Shown: one piece after another, positions 57,797 to 64,000 of the stretch
How the letters are laid out: every line of letters starts with the position of its first letter
Position numbering within the stretch: position 1 is the stretch's first letter
Source: Rebecca billardiae RCC1528
Taxonomy: Eukaryota; Protista; Haptophyta
NCBI GenBank assembly: GCA_965240325.2
Contig: OZ251225.1
Location: forward strand, 1,612,001 to 1,676,000
Direction of reading: 5' to 3'
DNA: 64,000 nucleotides
The notes under the pieces: model-generated
The model's input: only the letters and a program-made list of their open reading frames with translations
Database searches by the model: none
What the model was told of the DNA's origin: nothing
Translations under genes and position numbers: made by a program

Positions 57797-60700
57797 CTAC
57801 CGCCCTCGAGTGCGCTTGGCGGCAGGCTGCGGCCGCGCAGCTCGTGCGCCGGCTGCCTTGCCCAGCGGCACGGCCGCTGGTGCCTCCTTGGCGGGCTCGT
57901 CCGAGCTCTTGTCGTTCACTTCGCCGAGCACCTGCAGCGCGCACGGACCAGGCACCGGGCGCGCCGCGGGGCGGCATGAGGCACGCGGCCGCGCTCGGCT
58001 GGCGGATCGCCCGCACATGCCGCGCGTGCACGGCGCACGGCGCAGCGGTGAGCACACGCGCGCGTACCGTCGAGTCCCGATCCACGTCGCGGCGTGAGCC
58101 GCGCCGCGCCGCGCGCTCGCGCACGCTGGGCACCTGCAGGTCCGGACCGACCGAGCCCGCCACCTCTGGAGACATGGCGAGCCGTCCCTCTGCGCTCGGC
58201 GTGCGCACTGTCTTGTACGGCGACGGCGCGGCGGGCGCGGGCCCCGCGCTGGGGGCGCTCGGCGGCGGCGCCGCGGCGGGCGCGGGCCCCGCCCGGCCCG
58301 CGCCGCGGCGCAGGTCGTACTCAATCTCGGCCGCGAGCTCCTTGTCGTGCGCGAGCGCGTGCGCGAGCGCGTCGCGATGCTCGCGCACGAGGTCGCGCAG
58401 AAAGGCCATGAGCGGCGCGAGCAGCGGCGAGCGCGCGTCGGTGAGGCGGCGGCGGAGCTCGATGGCGATGGGCACGATCGACTCGGCGGCGTGCTTCGTC
58501 GCCGCCGCGCCGAGCACCTTGGCGCGCGCGGCGGCGGCACGCGCGCCTGCCGAGCCCGCGTCCGCAGCCGTCGGCTCGTCCGCGTCGGCAACCGCCGCGC
58601 CCGCGCCGCCGCCGCGCGCGCCGGCAACGCGCATGTGCTTGCTGCCGAGCAGCGCAAGGGTGTCGGCGAGCATCTCGGCAGCTCCCGGCGCGGCCAGGCT
58701 GAGCGAGCCGTCCGCCGCGGGGCCGAGCACCTCCGCCGTCAGCTTGCCCACCGCCTGCAGCCGAGCCTCGTCACCCATACTCGCGCCGAGCGCGGCGTAC
58801 ACGGCCGCGCGGCGCGCGCGGTGCGCTGCGCCCGCCAGCTGCAGTCGCTGCTCCTGCGCCGCGCTGAGCGAGGCGGCGGCGATGGCGGCGCCGTGCGCGG
58901 GGTGCGCGACGCAGCCGTTCAGCCCGGCGACGAGCTCGACCACGTGCGTCGCCACGAGCTGCGGCTGCCGCGGCAGCAGCTGCTGCAGCAGGCAGTGTGT
59001 CGCCATCTCGCGCACGCTCGACTCGCGGTCGACGAGCGCGAGCGCAAACACGCGCAGCACCGTCGACTTCCAGCGGACGTAGTCGGTCATCAGCAGCCGC
59101 GTGAGCAGCACGGCGGTGTGGAAGCGCACGAGCGGCTGCGGGTCGAGCATCGCCAGCGCGACGAGCGGCACGTGCCGGTCCACCAGCGCCTGAGCCCACA
59201 CGCGCACACACACGCGCACACACACGCGCACACACACGCGCACACACACGCGCACACGCGCACGCGCACACACGCGCACACACACGTACACGCGCACACG
59301 CGCACACGCGCACGCGCACACACACACGAGAGAGAGAGAGAGGGGAGAGCGGAGAGGACGAGAAGGGCAGAGTGCGCGGACACGGAGCGGCCAGGGCGGG
59401 CCGGGGTGAGGCGCTGGGGTCGCGCGCGCGCGCGCGGAGGCTGCGTGGGCGCTGCTGCCGGCTGTCGCCGCGCACCGTGAACGCCTTGAGCAGGTCTGCG
59501 AGCACGAAGAGCGCGTTGTTGCGCACCGCCGCGCTCGGCGACGCGTGCAGCTCGCGCACCAGCACGGGCACCAGCCGCTTGGCGAGCGCGGGCCGCGCGC
59601 CGCACAGCTTGCCAAGCGCGACGATGGCGCCCGCCTGCACGTGCGCGCGCTCGGCTTCGGCGCCGGGCGTGGCGGCGGTGCTCGGCGCGGCGGCGGGCTT
59701 GGCCAAGCCGCTCGAGCCGGCCGCCACGCTCGCGTCGCCTGCCGCAGCCGCCGCCTCGGCTGTGCGCCCTGTCCCGTCGTCCTCGTCAGCTGCCGCCGCC
59801 GCCGCCTCGGCCGCTGCGGCCCTGCCGGCGGAGGCGAGTGCGGCCGGCGGCTGCGTCGAGGGCGGCGCCTCGTCCGGCGAGGCGGCCGCGCTCGGCTTGG
59901 GCGCGGGGACGGCGAGCGCCTCGAGCGCGCGCACGAGCCGGTCGGGGACCACTGACGCCCCCTCCGCCACGCCGCCGCCTCCCACCTCCTCGTCCGCCGA
60001 GATTGCAATCTCGCCAACGGCGAAGATCTGAGCCACGAGCCGAGAGAGTGCCGCGCCGCCGACGCCCGCGCCCGCGGCCGAGCCGCCGCTCGTCGAGTCG
60101 ACGCTCGCGGCCTCGAGCTCGCGCACGTGCGCGCACAGCTCCGCCTCGCACGCGCTGATCGGCGCGCGCCACGCCTCCGCAGGCGACACACCATCCGCCG
60201 CGCTCACGCGCGCGTACGCGTGCGCGAGCGCGCGCCCGCGCGCCGGGCTCGCGTCGAAGCGCATCAGCGCAGCCAGCAGCTCCGCGCCCAGACCGGAGCG
60301 GTCGGCGGGCGTAAGGAGACCGTGGCGGCAGAGCTGCACGATCACGGCGAGCGCGCCCGCCTCGTCCGACTCGACGCGGAGCGAGCCCGCCGGCGGCGCG
60401 CGCCACCGCCCGATCAGCCGTGCCGCGTCGATGGCGCGCGCGTGCGGCTTCGACGTGGCCGTCGTCTCGAGGATTGACCAGGCGGCCGAGCGCGCGCGGC
60501 TCAGAGCGGCCTCGTCCTGCGAGTCGTCGGCGGGCTGCGCGAGCGCGAGCTGCAGCGCGGCGCCGAGCGAGAGCGGGAGCGAGCCCGCACTCGCCAGCTG
60601 CGCGCACGCGCGGCGCAGGTGCTCAGCGTCGACTCGCTCACAGAGCGTGAGCACGCGCCAGGCCTCGTGATGATGCGCCACGGCAGAGCGGCTCGGGGCG

Positions 60701-62706
60701 GCGGCGTCCGCGCGGCCGGCAGCGGACGCGGCGGCCGTGTCGGCGAGGGGCTCGAGGAGGAGCTGCGAGAGGCCCTGCATGGCGACCTCGCGCACGCTGG
60801 CCTCCGGGTCCGTCGCGAGCGGCCCGACGGCCGAGAGCCACGCGCGCACCACCGCGGCCCGCGCCACGTCCGCGCCCGCGGCGGCCGCGGCCTCGTCGGC
60901 AGCCGTGTGTGCGCTCGCGTTCACGAGCGCGCGCAGCGCGAGCGCGGCCGCCTTGCGCACGCTCGAGGCGGTGTCACGGCAGCGCTCGGCAAGCATCTCG
61001 AGCGCGGGCTCGAGCTCGGACGAGCACGCCCCCGCGCCCTCAGCGGCCGGCGCCGGGGGCAGCGCGCGCGCGCTGAGCACGCCCAGCGCGCTCACGGCCG
61101 CGCGACGCACGGCCGGCTTGGCGTCTGCGCAGCGCGCGAGCACGAGCGACTGCAGGGAGCTGGACCCGGCGGCACCGCGGCCTAGGGGCGCGCGCGCGGC
61201 CGGCGTGATGGCCATCATCTCGTCCTCCGCGCGCGCGAGCCGCGCCGCGAGCACGAGAGCCGTGTGCGGCGCCGCCACCTCCGCATCCATCGGAGCGGGC
61301 GCGGGCGGCGTGCACGCGCGCGGCTGCGAGCCCTGCTCCGAGTCCTGGGAGCTGGCCGCCGCCTCGTCCGCACTGCTCGGCGTCGGCCCGGCGCGGCGCG
61401 CTGCGGAGGCGGCTGTCTCGAGGGCGTGCGAGAGCCACTGCGCGCCGTGGTGGCCCGCGCCGTCCGTCTCCATCTGAGACGGCGCCTCGTCAGCTTCAGC
61501 CTCAGCCTCTGGCGGCGCGCAGGACGCGGCGGGCGCGCCGAGCGCGGCTGCGAGCGCCGCGGTGCCGCACCGGTCGAGCAACGTGCCGAGCGCACCGACC
61601 GCGCGCGTGCGCACGCTGGTCGACTTGTCGCGGCTCGCGCTCACGACCACGCGCACCAGCCGCGCCGCCGCCGCCGGCGGCGGCAGCACGAGCTCCGCGT
61701 CGCGCGTTCCGGCCAGCAGCTCGAGAGCGCCTTCGCACGCCATCGCACGCAGCGGCGCCTTGGCCGTGCGCGAGAGCCGATCGATGAACGCGCAGTGGCG
61801 CGCGAGCTCGTCGTCGGGCATGGTGCGCGCGAGCGCGCCGACCGCGCGGCACACCGCCGCGCGGAACTCGGCCTTGTCCGGGGCGGCCGCCATGCTGTGC
61901 TGCACCAGGGCGTGCACGGCGTGCGCGAGCGGGCCGCCCGCGTGCCCGTGCGCGCCGATCGCGCGGCAGACGAGCGCGCACGCGTCCGCCTGCAGCGCGA
62001 GCGACTCCCGAGGCACCGCGGGCGCGGAGCTCGATTCCTTGGACAGAGCGAGGGTTGGCATCAGCGCGCGGAAGACCGTCTGCGCGTGGCCCGGCAGCAG
62101 CCGCTCCAGAGCGCCGAACGCCGCCGCGCGCACCGCGGCACTCCGGCCGGTCTGCCCGCGCAGCAGCTCGCACACGCCCTCCGACACACCATGCGCCACC
62201 TCGGCCGACGCCAAGTCGGACGCGTCGTGGAGGGCGAGGGTGAGGGCGTGCAGTGTGGCCTCCACGCTCGTCGTAGCGTGCTGCGCCTCGTCCTCCTCCG
62301 AACCGCCGTCGCCATCGGCGAGCTGTCGCGCGGTGCGCACAAAGCCGACGAGCACGACGGGGTGAAGCTGTGCGCGCGCCGTCGCGCTGAGATGCAGCCT
62401 GAACGCGGCGAGCGAGGTGGCTGGAGCGCCGTGCTGTAGGGCGAGCGTGAGTGCGAGCAGCTCACGCTCGCCCATCCCGGAGCGCGCGCTCATCTCCTGC
62501 AGCGCGGGCGCGCCGCCGCACGCGCGCAGGACGTCGCCGAGCTCGCCGACCACCTCCGCTGACATCTCCGACGCGGTGGCGTAGAGCGGATCTTCGGCGC
62601 TCGCGGGGGTGTCGCCGCGGTGCCACGCCTCAAATGACTCGGCTGGCACCTCGCTGAGGCCCAGAGCCCCCAGCATCTCCTCAAGCGCGTCGAAGGATGA
62701 CGGCAT
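57797..62706 (-). CDS. NCAPD3: Condensin II HEAT subunit CAP-D3; exons 62706-59476, 59189-58068, 57931-57797
   Basis: HEAT repeats (RDKSTSVRTRA, DAKPAVRRAA, RCRDTASSVRKAA); Cnd1 region ALGKLC..VRNNALFVLADL..T|ALVDRH..DPQPLVR..LTRLLMTDYVRWK; IAIELRR.L..RSPL; LAAEIEYDLR. Confidence 0.85.
59197..59341. repeat. Compound (CACACACGCG/CA)n plus (GA)n microsatellite in the CAP-D3 intron
   Basis: Direct reading, inside intron 59190-59475. Confidence 0.9.
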
Positions 62707-62846
62707 CGCGCGCGTCGTGCACGGCGGCCGGGCGGAGACGAGCAGGCCGAGCAAAGCGAGGCGGTTTGAAATTGGCCGGTCCGGCTCGCAGAGAACCTCC
62801 GGCGGAGTCCGGGCGAGTGCTCGCGCCTCGCGCGCGACACGCGCCC

Positions 62847-63446
62847 ATGGCGGCTCGCAAGCAAACCCTCAGCAGGCTGCAGCGCGAACTCATTATCGAT
62901 GAGGTCGTGCGACTCTTCGAGCGCTCGCAGCTGGTGCTAGTGTCTCACGTGGGCCAGGTCCCGCGGCCTGCGCTCGACAAGTTCCGCGCCGCCCTCGTCG
63001 AGAAGGGAGGGGGCGTGAAGTCGGTGAAGAGCTCGCTCGGCCGCGTGGCGGCGAGCCGCCTTGGGCTCGAGCACGTGGGCCCGCTCTTCAACGGTCCCGC
63101 CGTGCTCGTGCACTCCGGCGAGGAGAAGGGGGTCGATGTCGCCAAGGTGGCGCTCAAGTTTGCCTCCGAGCGACCCGAGGACTTCCTCATCCTCGGTGGC
63201 AAGCTCGAGGGGCAGCAGATCGCCTACTCCCACGTGCCCAAGCTGGTCACGCTCAACACGGAGCAGGTGCAGGGGGAGATGCTCGGCGCCATGCATCCCG
63301 GCGCCTACGCCGGCCAGCTGCTGTCGTTCATCGACCCGTCAACCCACTACCGCGCTCCACCCGTCTCGCAGCACCTCTTGGCCACCCTCGAGACGTGGGT
63401 CCAACAACAGCGCGACGGCGACAGCAGCGCAGGCGCGGCTGGCTGA
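62847..63446 (+). CDS. Bacterial-type ribosomal protein uL10, probably mitochondrial
   Basis: FERSQLVLV..LDKFRAAL..VKSVKSSLGRVA..LFNGPAVLV..FLILGGKLEG matches the L10 pattern. Confidence 0.78.
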   Translation: MAARKQTLSRLQRELIIDEVVRLFERSQLVLVSHVGQVPRPALDKFRAALVEKGGGVKSVKSSLGRVAASRLGLEHVGPLFNGPAVLVHSGEEKGVDVAKVALKFASERPEDFLILGGKLEGQQIAYSHVPKLVTLNTEQVQGEMLGAMHPGAYAGQLLSFIDPSTHYRAPPVSQHLLATLETWVQQQRDGDSSAGAAG

Positions 63447-64000
63447 GAGCCGCCTGTGGTACGTCATATGGCTGGCGTACACAGGAGGCTCCGTCAAGCT
63501 TGAACGCCAAACTCATATATGTCAAAAAGCGTCACAAACGCGGGTCAGATTGCATCTCGCGAGCAGTCCCCGGCGTACTCCGCCGTACATCTAATTTTCA
63601 CAGTGAACTACTTAGACTGAGTCTGCCGAGGACTTCCGATGATGAGGTAGCCTGTCGGACCGGTCCGGGCTCCGGGTTGAGGTCGAGGACCGGACTCGGA
63701 GTCGGAGGAAATCGTCTGATGACTGATGAGGTCATTGAGGAGTTACCAATAAGCAAGCACGGGTCCGGCCGGCCGCCGGGACCGGTCCGCGGCACTATCC
63801 GCCGGGCACTTGCCGGGGGCGGGCGCGGCCGCATCATCATGATGATTAAATCATGTGTAGGCCCAACCGCAATGGAAAGGAGGCCCGTGAGGCGACAGGC
63901 GTGACCAGTAGCTGAGCCTGAGCGGTGTCCGACGGGTCCCACTCCCAGCCTCCCGAGAGTGGCCCGTCAGCGCCGGAGGCCGTGATGCCGGTGCGCCGCC

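Overview
Very GC-rich eukaryotic nuclear DNA with compact genes and short GC-rich GT-AG introns (donor GTGCGC-like, acceptor GCGCAG-like). The style suggests a haptophyte alga such as Pavlovales; this is inference only. About 21 protein-coding genes are supported: SMC2, a cyclophilin, an unknown multi-exon gene, a GT47 exostosin, UTP11, RPB11, a flavin-reductase-domain fusion, ESF2, a kinesin-3, MMAA, a ~2,540-aa secreted repeat protein, an ankyrin protein, TMEM128-like, a coiled-coil/EF-hand protein, a BT1 folate transporter, a small coiled-coil ORF, LYAR, an F-box protein, a GT34, a hemerythrin-like protein, NCAPD3 and uL10. Most sit in tight head-to-head pairs, separated tail-to-tail by longer, AT-richer, stuttered spacers. 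No rRNA, tRNA or CRISPR array was seen. The best leads are: (1) the giant secreted FN3 + ~132-aa beta-repeat protein ending in a phage-tail-fibre-like motif; (2) a hemerythrin-like protein ending in a CaaX box; (3) a ~175-nt inverted-repeat-bounded element containing a perfect 30-bp palindrome; (4) a kinesin-3 with a ~700-aa insert before its FHA domain; (5) a His/Cys-domain + coiled-coil + flavin reductase fusion. Exon boundaries were derived by hand and need RNA-seq confirmation.
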